Positions 13,431 through 26,221 of a stretch of 47,973 bases of DNA are shown here, piece by piece. How positions within the stretch are numbered: the stretch's first letter is position 1; each line of letters opens with the position of its first letter. The notes beneath the pieces are model-generated. The model worked only from the letters and a program-made list of their open reading frames with translations, did no database searches and had not been told where the DNA came from. Source of the DNA: Chromera velia (Eukaryota); contig JAHBMJ010000445.1 in the NCBI GenBank assembly GCA_018398765.1, positions 1 through 47,973 on the forward strand, given 5' to 3'. Position numbers and translations under genes: made by a program.

Positions 13431-13819
13431 TAGTAGTATTGTCATATACTGCGAGCGGTTATTAATGGTCACAAGTGGTAGCTAATTATATCTGAATATA
13501 CATAACTAAATCAAACTAACAATAGTTAACAGTAAGCTAATAACATTTTCTAAAATTCAGAATCTGAATTATGTGTAATGATATGTAAAGATAGTCAACT
13601 TATCATTAAACAAGTTTTTTAGAAAGTATTATTAATAGAAAGCTTTGCTTAGTTATAATACGTTGCTGTTATATCTTCTCATGATCACTAATGTGCAATG
13701 TGTATTCATGAGTTATCAGACTATATATTAGACTATATTAAAATTCAGCATAACAAAATAATTGAATCAGATTTATCGGTTCGATCACTTCGTTTACGTA
13801 ATATTATTGCAACAAGAAC

Positions 13820-15648
13820 TCAAACATCTGCTTCTTGTTCTGGGGCCTCATTTTCCTCCTCTTCTTCACTCACAGGCTCCTGTGCAAAGCCTCGTCCCCC
13901 TTCTACCTCCTTCAACTTTGCCTCCTCCGCAGCTGTCAGTGTCCGAAGGCCCTCAACGTCCAGCTGCATGATGTCGGCCTCCGTCTTCAACAGATCCCCC
14001 ACCGAGGGACGACTGCGACCCAGATCCCCGTGCACGAACTCCTTTACGTAAGTACCTGCGTGCGTGCCAGCATTCAAGAAAAATATGCGCATGCAGCCAT
14101 TCCCACGTCTACCCAATGAGTTCGCAGCAGGCAATCGAGCTCTCTCCCCCCCCNNNNNNNNNNNNNNNNNNNNNNNNNNNNNNNNNNNNNNNNNNNNNNN
14201 NNNNNNNNNNNNNNNNNNNNNNNNNNNNNNNNNNNNNNNNNNNNNNNNNNNNNNNNNNNNNNNNNNNNNNNNNNNNNNNNNNNNNNNNNNNNNNNNNNNN
14301 NNNNNNNNNNNNNNNNNNNNNNNNNNNNNNNNNNNNNNNNNNNNNNNNNNNNNNNNNNNNNNNNNNNNNNNNNNNNNNNNNNNNNNNNNNNNNNNNNNNN
14401 NNNNNNNNNNNNNNNNNNNNNNNNNNNNNNNNNNNNNNNNNNNNNNNNNNNNNNNNNNNNNNNNNNNNNNNNNNNNNNNNNNNNNNNNNNNNNNNNNNNN
14501 NNNNNNNNNNNNNNNNNNNNNNNNNNNNNNNCCCCCCCTCTCTCTCTCCATTCTTCCTTCCTTCCTGCCTGCCTTTCTTTCTTTCGTGCTTGCTTGTTTG
14601 TCTTCCTTCCTCCCACTAACAAGCCTTACCTACTTACTTACTCCATCTTCTGTTCCTCCTTCTCTCCCCCATTTCCTCCCCGAGGCTCTCTCAGAGGGCT
14701 GTCTGTCTGTCTGTCTGTCTGGATGATGCAGGTTTTGGAAGACACGTTGAAGTGCGAACAAGCATCACGCAGTAAAGAATCTGCGGACGGACAGGCACGA
14801 CGGATTGTATCAGTGGCTCAGTTTCGGTCCCTGCACCGCTGCAGAAAGCACCACGGTACAACCTTCCTTCCTTCCTTCCTTCCTGCTTTCCAACCAACCG
14901 ACCAGCAGAGGTTTCCACCCGGAGAACAAAGAAGTGAGCGTTCAGCCACTCGGCAGACATACCAAAGATGATCTTACGCCTGCACACAGTCATTGAAAGA
15001 TTGCGTTTTTTTTAGCTACGCCATTCTTTCCGTGTCCACTCCTCCACGCGTGCAAACTCACCACCCTCACCACACAACTCCATTCATCCGTCTACCCACC
15101 CACTCATTCAGCTCGCGTGAAGGACGTCAACATGGATCTCACTCCAGGAGCCGCTCCTGCCCCCACTCGAGCAAGAAAGTTGGCGTCTGTTTCACCGCCA
15201 GGCAAGTACCATGAGTCATCTGGGTGCAAAAGAAAATTTGCAGACACAAGTTGCGGAACAAAAGGGGCGGTTCTTTCCTTGAAGGGGCCTTTGTTTACCC
15301 TCCCGTCCACCCCTCTTCTCTTCCTTGCTCTTCCTATGTCCGTCCTTGTCTCTCTGTGTGCGTTTCGCACCATGCCTCTCTTTCTCTGACTTTCTCTGTC
15401 TCTCTTTCCACCCCGCTGTCTCTGCCACTATGCTTCTCTATTCCTGTCACCCTGTCTTTCTGTCTCTCTCTCCTCTCTCGCTTCTTCCTCTCACTCTACC
15501 TCCCTCCACCCCTCTTTCTACCCCGCCCTCTCTCTGTCTGCGCCTTCACCTCCCTGTGTCTTTTTGTCTGTCTACCCTTCCGTCTCTCTCCCTCTTCCTG
15601 TACATTCTTGTCCCTCTGTCTCTGTCTTTCTCCCCCCCCACCCCCGCC

Positions 15649-15683
<35 letters not shown>

Positions 15684-18144
15684 CGCGTTTGAATAACGAG
15701 ATAGACAGCATTGTAGAAAGAAAAAAGCATCGTTTTGGAGCAGGATGGAGAATGACCCAACGTACTTCGGTAAGATAAATGAGAACACACACGCACACAC
15801 ACATGCGAAAACACACAGACACAAAGACAGCCAGAGAAACAGACAGAAAGAGGGGAGGGAAGGGGAACGGTGTGTGTGGGGGAGTTCACACACGAAAGCG
15901 TTGATCATGCAGGCCAGACGAAAAAAGGACAAGGCAAGGAGGATGAAGCACGCACCTGCACATTGGGCTCCTCCTGTGTAGCACTCGGACAGGTGTCTTC
16001 TGCTCAAGGATCAGAAGGGGCGCACTGTGATTTACTCTCTCCGTCCCGCTTTCTCCAGCTTCTTCTTTTCTCACCAGGTGTGTTAAAGAGTGAGCTTCTG
16101 CATTTGACGCTCTCATTTGTGCAGCTTGGCATGCATCAGAGAAGGAAGAGGCGGAAGAAAAGACGGGAGGAGAGCCAAACTTCCGCAGAGCCTCCAGGTC
16201 CTTATCTGAAATCGCTCGTCTTGTCCACACGACTGCCGAATAGGTTTTGGCTTTGGAGCTGGCTTCCGACCCGACTTTCTGCATGTTCATGAGCCACAAA
16301 AGAGACGGGTTTAGTGCATGGCAGGAAAAGCTGAAAAAGGACACAGACAGGAAAACCTGAAAAAGGACACAGGATTTGTTCACGAAAAGTGAGCGTGAGA
16401 GCAATCAGGTGAGAAGATGACCCTTTGACAGAAATGCACACATGGATGAAAGCGGCTGTTCAAACGTCTCAGAAAGCCAAGCTTCGTATCTGTCCTTCGA
16501 AAAGGGTTTATGATGTCAAGAAAGGACCAGAGCCAGACTATCCGGTTTTGATCCATCTCGGCATAGCCAGATAGATCCCTTCAGAGAACCTTAAGCTTAG
16601 ATGCCCACTTTCATGAATGACTGCCAGAGAACGGAAGGATCAAGCTTCAATGGGGAGGAAAGTCATATATTAATATCAGAGATATGTACATACACAGAGC
16701 AAGACAGGCCGACAGACCGAAAGAAACAGACCACCCCAATGCAGCCAAAAGCCAAGTAGCTAGAGCGTCTTTGTCGAAATACGAATCTTTATAGATGCAT
16801 GCATGCGATTACATTGACCCATTCCCTCATGCATGTCGGATCACCCGCTGACCTTCACAACGGAAGAATCCGCAGCCCTCCTCAACCCCCGAATTTCGAT
16901 TTTCCCTCGAGCTTCCTCGTTCGTCTCTCGCTGTACCTCCTCCAGCTGCCTTGTGTCCAGAAGACGCCGCGCGTTCTCGACAGAGAAAGCAAATGGTCTC
17001 CCGTCTCCCAACATTCGAACATCGATGTCCTCCCTCCCTGCAAAAGTGAGAGAGAGAAGCAGAGGGAAGGGGACAACAGAGGACCCAGTTTTCTCATCAC
17101 GGCAGAGGGCAGCGTTCAAGAAAAAAGCGTGACTGCCCCATGCATCTAAAAGGGAGCATTGGACGAGAAGAAAAAAGAGCATCGGATGAATGCCTGTTGC
17201 AGATACCCGCAACGTTTTTCTTGACCAACTTTGGCAGCCTTGTAATCTCGCCTCTCCTGCTCTGCAATGAATGTAATCTGCAAGGAAACGAAACGAAACG
17301 ACTGACCGACCGGCGGAGCAGAACGAGATGTTGTCAGCCACAGTGGCTCTTTGCAGAACTCTCTTAGCGAGGTCCTCCACGCAGTTGTCCGGCTGCATGC
17401 ATTCACTCACATTCATATTATCACGTTGGTCACACATTTCCATTCGGACACACAGCACCGCCATATGCAGACACGAGCCGAAATTTCTCAGTCAGGGAAT
17501 GACAAACAAATAAGCCGGCATCCAGGTACTCAAAGGGATGGAAAGGGCCGGAAGCAGGGAGAAATACCCAGCCGGAAGGTCTCCCCTTCCCCTTCTTCGT
17601 CTTTCTCGCTCTCTCTCAGCCTCACACCGTCTTGTCGTTTAATCAATCAGGCAGGATATCGCAAGCAACGAGGGGCCAGAAGCACCCTGACCGACCTGAG
17701 AGGATTTAAAGTTTTGAACGTTCCAGGGCGAGTGGGAAAGAGACCGGGAGAACTTCAAATACCGCCCTGCATGAGGATGAGGGCCCGTTGTTTAGGAAAA
17801 CATTCAAAACACGCAGGAAGAAACAAAGGATCTAAAAGGAAAGAAAAGGACAGCCCAAGGGACAAAGAAGAAGTCTGTACCGGGAAGGAAGTTGGGTGGA
17901 AGTGCGGGGAAGGAGCCAGCCCAAGGTTTGCAGGAAAGGACTTGAAGGGCGAAGACAGACTCTCAAAAAATCAGAAACTCCAAAGAAACACGTACGTGCG
18001 TGCGTACACTCATGCACACAGATGGGGGGAGGGGGGGGGTGTAAGGAGAGAGAGGTGGGGAGAGTACGACGGAGGGGAGAAAAAAAGGAAAGAACGAACG
18101 TCTGAACAAAGCAAAGGAAGAAAAGAAAGAAAGAGAGAGAGAGA

Positions 18145-18184
<40 letters not shown>

Positions 18185-19661
18185 GAAAGGACGAAAGGAA
18201 AGAGGCAAGGAAGGAAGGAAGGAAGGAAGGAAAGAAGGGAGGAAGGAAAGAAGGAACGAAGGAAGGAAAGAAGGAAGGAAGGAAGGAAGGAAGGAAGGAA
18301 GGAAGGAAGAAAGGAAAGAAAAAAGGAAAGAAGGAAAGAAGGAAAGAAGGAAGGGCAGAGAGAGGAGGACAGCAAATGATTTCCATCGACCTTCAAAATA
18401 GATCGGCTCCCTTTGCCAGCTGACGGACACAGAGACAGAGGGGATCTTCGGGACGTCCCCCATGTTCTCCTTACTCTCAATTTCGGCTGAACTTTCTGGT
18501 CCCGTATCTACCTCCATGTCCCCCTCTGTTCCTGCCGCCGAGGAAGCAGCAGCAGCAGCGGCTGCACCAGAAGAAGCATGGGAAGACGAGGAGGTATCGA
18601 CAGCCACTTCTCTCATGCCCGAGCCAGGAAGAGGGCTGTGTCCATGATCTGGCGTGCGTAAGAGAAAATCCCAGAGGCCCTGCTCTCCCCCATTCAATTC
18701 GAGTAGTTGGCTCAACTCCGCTTCATTCTTTTCATGACACAAATCCTGCAGTGAGAGGCAAGGGAATCGGTGTAGAAGTGTTGGATCAGGCAGTGACTGT
18801 CCTGGGACGCATCTGGGACACAACGGGACCATAAACCAAGTCACAAGAGGGAAAAATTTCGCACTCGGGCCTACTCACCTTGATATTTTGATGCGTGATG
18901 CGATTGTCTTTTTTTCGTCGTTTCTGCTGGAACCAGTGCGCTGCCTTCTGCACGCGCGCTCCTCCACTTACACGCGTCAGGAGAGGGGCAACATCTGCGT
19001 CTGAGTATTCGTGAGAGACTGTCAATCGAAGCACGACTGTCCCCAAAGTTTCCTCAGCCTGGGTTCCGGCAGGTGTGCGTGGGTGGGGGTGCGAGAGAGA
19101 CGCCCCGTCTCCTTTTCCAGGCTCGTCGGCCTTTCTTTTTGTGCCCCTTGCAGAGATGAGCAAAGGAAGAGCCCGATGCAGCAGCTGCTGCAGAAAGGTC
19201 CTCACGTCCAAGGAAGAAGAATAGTCAGACGGGGGTGTCCTCTCATGCACACCTCCTGAAGCTTCGGCAAAGGCTGCTGCCGCAATGCAGTCTCTCAAAA
19301 CGAGAGACGGCGGAAGTTCAACCTCGACACGGACGTGCTCCGGTCGGCTCATGCCTTCAATTTTCGACTCCTTTAAGCTTTGAAAAAGGCAACGAGCAAG
19401 AGACGCCAGAGGACTGTCGGAATCCCTCAAGCCCAGGCAAACAGGGCAGGCACTGGATGTCGAACTGAAGAGGGAAATCTGTGCGCCCTTCACATGACTG
19501 ATGCCAGTCTCATCCGTCTCAATATTGTGCGCGAGAAAGGGGTTGTCCGTTTCGCTCCAAAGAAAGCCCACAGGGCCTATAGAGGCCGTCTCTTTGATGC
19601 GCCGACACCGAGCACAGAGAAGACCGTAGTGCGGTGAAGTGCCGGGCTCCTCCTGTTTCAT
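13820..19661 (-). CDS. PUS10: tRNA pseudouridine synthase Pus10, multi-exon; spans the assembly gap
   Basis: Hallmark motifs in successive exons: (G)RYLKFSRSLSHSPW (~17700-17768), AGREDIDVRMLGDGRPF (~16990-17040), KTYSAVVW (~16225-16250), QKTPVRVLHRR (~15970-16005), THAGTYVKEFVHGDLGRSRPSVGDLL..DIMQLDV (~13955-14070). Putative ATG at 19661 and TGA at 13820. Confidence 0.92.
14154..14531. other. Assembly gap (N run)
   Basis: Run of n; a smaller gap lies at 10889-10899. Confidence 1.
18118..18362. repeat. (GA)n/(GGAA)n polypurine microsatellite in a PUS10 intron
   Basis: Directly visible. Confidence 0.95.
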
Positions 19662-20276
19662 CTCGAAGGGAGACGAGATGGCAGTTGCTCACTGACAGAT
19701 AGGCAACGGTTCTTTCATGTGAAGACTTGAGACACTCTGGAGATCTCAGTTTCAATCCTAGAGAAGAAATGAGAGAATCTGAGCTTGCAGTGTTGGATGC
19801 TGATTTTCTCCGGATGGAACGCCTGGCATTGAATTCAATCATTGCCCAAAAGTGCCTCTCTCGAATGCACGAGCTGGGAATCATGGCTCAGTCTGCACGC
19901 GCGTCTCGATCGGCCGCGGGGGCCGGCCCGGGGCCGTCGCCGCGACGCCGGTCCCGAAAAGCGGCCGCGGGGAAAATCACCAAAAGAAAACTGCATGCAT
20001 GCGTGACTGCAATTGACTGAGTCGCAACACAGCACTGTCGAACTTGAAACTTTCCGGCGATCGACTTCAGGCAGGCAGTATACACTGTATATAAGGAGGC
20101 AGGCACTGCCAGGCAGTTGACAGTGGAAGAAGTGGACAGTGCAGGAATCCCTTCTTGCCTTTTTCTCTCAAAGGAAACTGCAGTCTATTGTGAAGTGTAA
20201 GCAACACTCAGCAAAGAGATCTTTTGTTTTGTCCAGAAAGGAAGAGGTAAACCCTTCTTCCTTCTAAAGGAGAGCG
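19662..20276. promoter_or_regulatory. Probable bidirectional promoter between PUS10 and the GDP-fucose transporter
   Basis: 615 bp between divergent ATGs; central GC/CpG-rich patch at 19897-19972; TGCATGCA palindrome at 19992-19999. Confidence 0.55.
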
Positions 20277-21579
20277 ATGGCGAAGCAATCGCAGGATGCT
20301 AGCTTGCGTGCAGCAACGCTGTCCATTCTTTTTTACTGTCTGGTTTCAATCGGGATTGTATATTTGAACAAGCTGTTGTTTTCCGGGTCCTTCCAGTTCC
20401 CAGTCTTCATCTCTTGGTTCCAGCAGGTAGCGGGAGTGGTGATCTATATATTGATAGAGCGCTTGGGACAAGTATACCCGCAACTTAAGTTCTTTCCCCC
20501 CTATGAATTCAATTTGGACACAGCCTGGAACATTCTGGGCCTTTCGACAATGTTCGTGGGCATGATCGCGTCCTCGAACCTGTGTCTGAAGTACGTGTTG
20601 ATGTCCACATATCAGGTGGCACGGTCATTGACGTTGATCTTCAATGTCATCGTCACTTATCTCCTTCTTGGACAGACCACCAGCACCAAATGCCTCATGG
20701 CGTGTCTGGTTGTCTGCTCTGGTTTTGTGGTCGGAGCGATGGACTCGATGACATTATCAATGACAGGGGTGGCGCTGGGGGGGTTGTCTTCGGGGTTCCA
20801 AGCGGTGTACATGGTGATGATCAAAAAGTCCCTCGCATTCGTCGACGGAGATCAGAACCGATTGATGACTTACAACATGTCCATCTCGTCCTTCCTCTTC
20901 CTTCCCATCATCGTGTTGGCTGACGAGATCGGGGCCTTCTACGAACTGCCCTGGAACATCAACGATCCCGCTTTCTTCGCAATCTGGCCAATGCTCATCT
21001 TCTCAGGTCCGTCTGCCTGTTCTTCTACCGGTCTCTCTGTTCGCAGTTACATCTGATGGACACGTGGAAAATGATTGCTTTCGTGCCGGCATCTTTTTCC
21101 TTTGTACAGTCCGTCTCTTTCCAAACGGGCATAGCTTTCCTCCTTGTCTGCCTGTCCCTTCTTTCCGATCTCTTTGCTTTCTGTGTGTCGTGAAGGGGCA
21201 TGTGAAGGAGACGGGAGAGTAGACGCTCAATTTTTTTTTCTGTCCACCTGTCTGCCTGTTGGTATTTTGCACATGAAAACAAGAAGAGAGGGAAAAGAAA
21301 GAAAAATGAAGTCTGTCTGCATGCACGTTTTTAAACATACATGCACGGTTACATGAAGACAGTCAGGGAGACAGACAAAGGGACAGACTACATGACCTTT
21401 GTTGGTTTTTTCTCCTTCTTTGCTCCTTTTACAGACAGACAGACAGAAAGACAGACAGACAGCCAGACAGACAGACAGGAAGAGGGACCGAACGGCAAGC
21501 AGACAGAGAGAAGGAAACACAGAGGGAGGGGGAGTGAGGGAGAGGGAGACAGACGAGGCACACACAGAAAGAGGGGGGG

Positions 21580-21639
<60 letters not shown>

Positions 21640-22855
21640 GAGAGAGAGACAGACAGAGACAGACAGAGACAGACAGAGACAGAGACAGAGAGGGGCAGAG
21701 AGCGAGAGCGAGAGCGAGAGCGAGAGCGAGAGCGAGAGCGAGAGCGAGAGCGAGAGCGAGAGCGAGAGCGAGAGCGAGAGCGAGGGAGGGAGGGAGAGAG
21801 AGAGAGAGAGAGGGAGGGAGAAAGAGAGAGGAGGAAAGGGGAGGGGGGAGGCACACAGAAACAGAGAAAGGAAAAGAAGAAGGACACACACAGAGGCAGG
21901 CAAGCAGACAGACAGAGAGGTAGACAGACACAACGACGAGAGGAAGCAAAAAAGAACCCGTAGAGAGACAAACATGCATGTATGTATACGTACGTCAACA
22001 CAGACAGACAGAGAGGAAGAGAAAGAGAGAGAGGGAGAGAGAGAGAGAGAGAAAGGGCAAGGACGGACAGAAAGGCAGGCAAGCAGAGCAGACAAGAAGA
22101 GGCACAGAAAAAAAGGGCAGAATATCGGGGGAAAACGAACGAACGAAATAAGAAGAAAGAAGGCAGGATAGAAGGGAGAAAAAAGAGAAGGAAGAAAGGA
22201 AGGAAGAAAGAAAGTCCAAGAAGGAAAGAGGAAGGATCAAAGACGAGCGGAAAAACTGGAAAAAGAGAGAAGTGTCTGGTCTCTCTTCCTTCCCCTTTCT
22301 GCCTCACTCCCGTCTCCGCGTTTCTCTTTCGCCTTTTACCTGCCTCCTTGCCCATCCGGCTGGCTGGATGGCTGACCAACTGTCTGTATGATGAGAGTCA
22401 AGTTTGCTGCTCAATTTTTCAATCTGCCCATCCGACAGTCACTGTGCGTTGTTGGCAGTCTCCAAGGATTTTTAGACTCCTTCTGATGCCCTGCTTCTTT
22501 TTCCTTTGCAGCCGCTATGGGTGTGTTGATAGGCATCGCCTCTTACCTGTGCGTGAAGTGCACTTCCCCCTTGACCTTCAATATCACTGGATACGCGAAG
22601 GCGTGTCTCCAGTCTCTGGGGGGAATTATTTTCCTCGGAGACCCGGTCACTTACAATTCTCTGGGAGGGATTCTTCTGACCTTGTTCGGTTCTTTCTGGT
22701 ATTCACGAATCCGAATGGCAGAGAGCCAACAGCCGCAGAAACAAGAGAGCCAGGGAGGAAAGAGGGAGACGGGGGGAAAGCCGGAGGAACTGCAAAAGTT
22801 GGGAGGAGATGCGGATGCAACAAAAAGCAGCGACCTCGATGAGAGTGATCGCTGA
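20277..22855 (+). CDS. GDP-fucose transporter (SLC35C1-like nucleotide-sugar transporter); exons 20277-21006 and 22512-22855, 357 aa
   Basis: Motifs VSIGIVYLNKLL, FPVFISWFQ, SNLCLKYV..YQVARSLTLIFNV and TSPLTFNITGYAKACLQS. The GT(21007)...AG(22511) intron joins in frame. Confidence 0.9.
21581..21830. repeat. Compound (TG)n/(AG)n/(GAGAGC)n microsatellite in the transporter intron
   Basis: Directly visible. Confidence 0.95.
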
Positions 22856-23927
22856 TACGCAAGACAGAAGCCCAAGTTGTTGGGGTAGGACTCTCTCTCT
22901 TACTTCCGCCATAACTTCACATCAGTAATTTAGATAGACTGGGTGCTCCTCGAAAGGGTGGGGGGAGAGTGGCAGTATCAAAAAGGGCGAACAAGGAGCA
23001 CAGGAGAGCGCAGAATTCTGAAATGGTAGGGGGTAGTTAAGTGCGGTGCTCTTTTTCGTCTGCCGTTTGGCATTTGTGTGCATTGATTTTGGGGGGTTGC
23101 CGTCTTCTCTCCTGACCCTTGCACGGCTTTCCATGTTGTGCTTTCGAATATTCGATTGATCGATTCTCCTCCAGACTTTCAAATCAGCCCCCACAGGGGG
23201 ACAATCAACGGGGGGCAGAGGGGGTCTGTGAGGCTTCAGGGGAGAGGGGGGCGAGTAGGTGCGACAGGGTTTGTGAATTCGTTTGCACGCCTGGATGAAA
23301 AGAGGACCACGTTGTTTGATTGAGGCAAGCAACGTATTTTCGGGTGTATGTGTGTTGTAAAAGTGCACTCCTCTACTTTCATGGAATGAGGGTAACTCTA
23401 CGGGTAACCTTGAAATGGGGGAGAGAAACAGCTCAGAGCTTACATGCATAAAACGATAGATGTGCCTAGAGATGCGCATATTTATATGATTTCAGTATAT
23501 CTCAATTTATTCCAGCTTTAACTTAATGCCGCGTGAAGCAATATCTAACAAAAATAACACTGAATAACACTCAGTCTAAGAACTTAAATCCAAGGAATAT
23601 GATAGAATATGAGTAAGGTTTTATGTAGGTTCTTGATTTGAGATAATCTGTAATAGTTTGAGAGTGTCTGAACAGATTGAGTTAATTTGGGCCGCGGGCC
23701 TTTCTTAACTATATGGATTTACATGGATTTATGTTAAGTTTAATTGAGTTAAGTTATGCACAGAGTTCTGTGTGGAGCGGCGGTTGTTCGTTTGTCTTTA
23801 GTGTAAAATCATAGCTAGGTGTGAGATCTTATAAGGAAATCTTCTAGCTTCTGGGGGGAAGGAGAAGGTTGTTTCGGCGGTATTAATTGTTTGTATATTG
23901 ATATTTGCATGCATGGTTAAGTCGGAT

Positions 23928-25600
23928 TGTTGTATACGAGGAGTAAGCGGTTGCTATAGATGTACAAAGAATATATAGATGCACCTGAGTCCATGGACTG
24001 TCAGTTCAAGCTAGAGGAAACAGACCGCTTCATGAGGCCAAAGAGGAATGAATGGATATATTTCGCCTCCACAAATGGAAATAGATGCCGTGGCCCCCGC
24101 CCGTACAGGCACGAACAGGACAGCCAGAACGGACAAGCCGAGACTAACGTAAGGTCCATGCGCAATGCAATACACGGCACGCAACATAGATTCCCTTTTC
24201 TTTTCCCCTTTCTTCTGATTAGTCCTCCTCTTTATGTCTAACGCAAATGTTGATACACTCAGGTCACGGAGACGAAACAACCAGGCCATTCACGACATCA
24301 AAATGAAGGCGGTCGGCCATTGCATCCTCCCCCTACCCTCTCCACTGCTTCAGAATCTCAACCACCAGCCAGTGGGGTGAGCGGAAACGCCTTCCATTAG
24401 CAAGTGTGAGAGGAAATGAGAGAAGAGAGATACAGTGACAGCAAAAACAAGGACATACTTGCACGTTATGCCCGTTCAGATGTATGGAGGTATATTAAGG
24501 AGCAAGGACAACAGAGAAAAGAGGAGCATTGAGTGTGCAAAGGGATACAATTCAGAGAGATAGACAGAGTATCATGTGCTTCTACTTTTCTTTTTACTCT
24601 CCTCCGCCAATCCAAGTGAAAGAGCAAACGTTGCCGCGATCAGATATTAGAACAACAAGGCAAAGCATCGAAGTAAGACTGGTATGCCACCACCTCACGT
24701 TTCTTTCTAGCTAGTAATAAAAGAAAGAGACGAAAGATACATTTCGCTTACTTCTCTTGAATTACCAGAGAAGGAATGGCATACACAGACATAAACAATA
24801 CCCGACAAGACCAAAAAGAAGCCCGCCTATCACAGACAAACACAAAAAGATTCGCCTGATGGAAGGAGGCACATCATCGCAGAGAAAAATCTTGTTGGTC
24901 TGGTTGCAGATGGAGAAGTTGTCAGGGTGATCAAGAATGCCAGTCATATTTGTGGCTAAAATCGCCAGGCAGTGCCAGGCAGGTCCTCCGAGTGGTCATC
25001 AGTGCTGGACGTCGACCAGAACCAGTTGGTTGAAAGGCATAAACCCACGTCAGGCTCATCTAGATCGATCCATATCGGAAAGGACAAAGACAGACAAGAA
25101 GCAATTGCAGGAACAGATGGAAACCGTCACGGCAGGCCAAAGTCTTAATGGCAAAATCATCCTCAGTGCTTGCCCTACTCCCCCTTGCAACATCAAGAAT
25201 TGGAGGACCAAATTTTAGCAGTGGCTAACGATGGTAGGAACATAAACAAAAGGCTCAAGCAGGTCCGAAAAAAAATTATACCAACAGCCTTTCTAAGCTA
25301 TGAAGGCAAAACTAAAAGATTCAGACTTTATTTCCCTGGATCGATTTCAAGCTCTGGTTACCATGTTGTATACAGGTAGGCAGACTACAGATATACAGAC
25401 AGTCATTCAGGTGCGCACCCTAGTCCATGGACTGTTAGTAACTGTTAGTTCATATCAGAGTAAACAGATTGCTCAGTGAAGCTATCAAGGGCTGAAAGGA
25501 TACACTTTGCCACCGCGAATGAAAATAAATGCCGTGGCCCCCGCCCATACAGGCATGAACGGGACAGCTAGGACGGATATGCCGAGACTAACGCAAGGTC
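23928..25600 (-). mobile_element. Non-autonomous or decayed LTR retroelement: diverged LTR-like direct repeats at 23928-24297 and 25364-~25600, PBS at 25351-25363
   Basis: Both repeats start TGTTGTATAC and share AGTCCATGGACTGT, ATGCCGTGGCCCCCGCCC and GCCGAGACTAACG. The left copy ends CACGACA. Minus-strand TGGTAACCAGAGC abuts the right repeat and resembles an iMet PBS (TGGTATCAGAGC). No pol motifs were recognised in the ~1.05-kb interior. Confidence 0.6.
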
Positions 25601-25673
25601 TATTGTGCGACGGATGGATGTAGTAGATGTAGTCTGATGCATTAATTCGTCTTATCAGCCGAGACTACAGTGC

Positions 25674-25873
25674 TTTTTTTTTTTTCGCACAAAAAAGTGT
25701 GAAAGTCAACTCATTTGAGAGACTGGATGACGGATTGACCTCAAAGATTTGAGGTTAAAGGGTCAGATTTGACAGGATTTGAGAGGCCCTATCATGCTAA
25801 AGTTTTTCAGACCTAAGATTTGATTTGAGGTTAAGCCCTACTTTAAATTGAATCAAATCAAATCTGGTCACTA
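25674..25873 (+). mobile_element. Right-end fragment of the hAT-type family found complete at 32526-33660
   Basis: Aligns by eye with 33385-33660 and ends in the same TIR AAATCAAATCTGGTCACTA. Confidence 0.85.
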
Positions 25874-26221
25874 CGAATTTGCATTGATCAACTGTATTTT
25901 CTGACTTTCATGCACCTGTCAGACGTTTGCGGAGTGTCAGCTTTCAACATCCTCTGCAGGAAGTGAGAAGATCGAGCAGTTTCGATCCAAAGGGCCTGCA
26001 TGCAAATTATCGAAATCATAGGCAAAGTGCACATTAATCTCGGATGGCCTATGCATACTAACTCATACAAATGCATGCTAATGCTACAAAAACAAATGCA
26101 TGGCACGCCGCGGACGAAAGCAAAACAGCGGCGCATGGCGCGTGCCCGCCCTTCACCATACGCCAACCGATATAAAATTGCAGCCGCCCTAAGGGCAGCT
26201 ACGAAACTCAAATTCTCTCCT

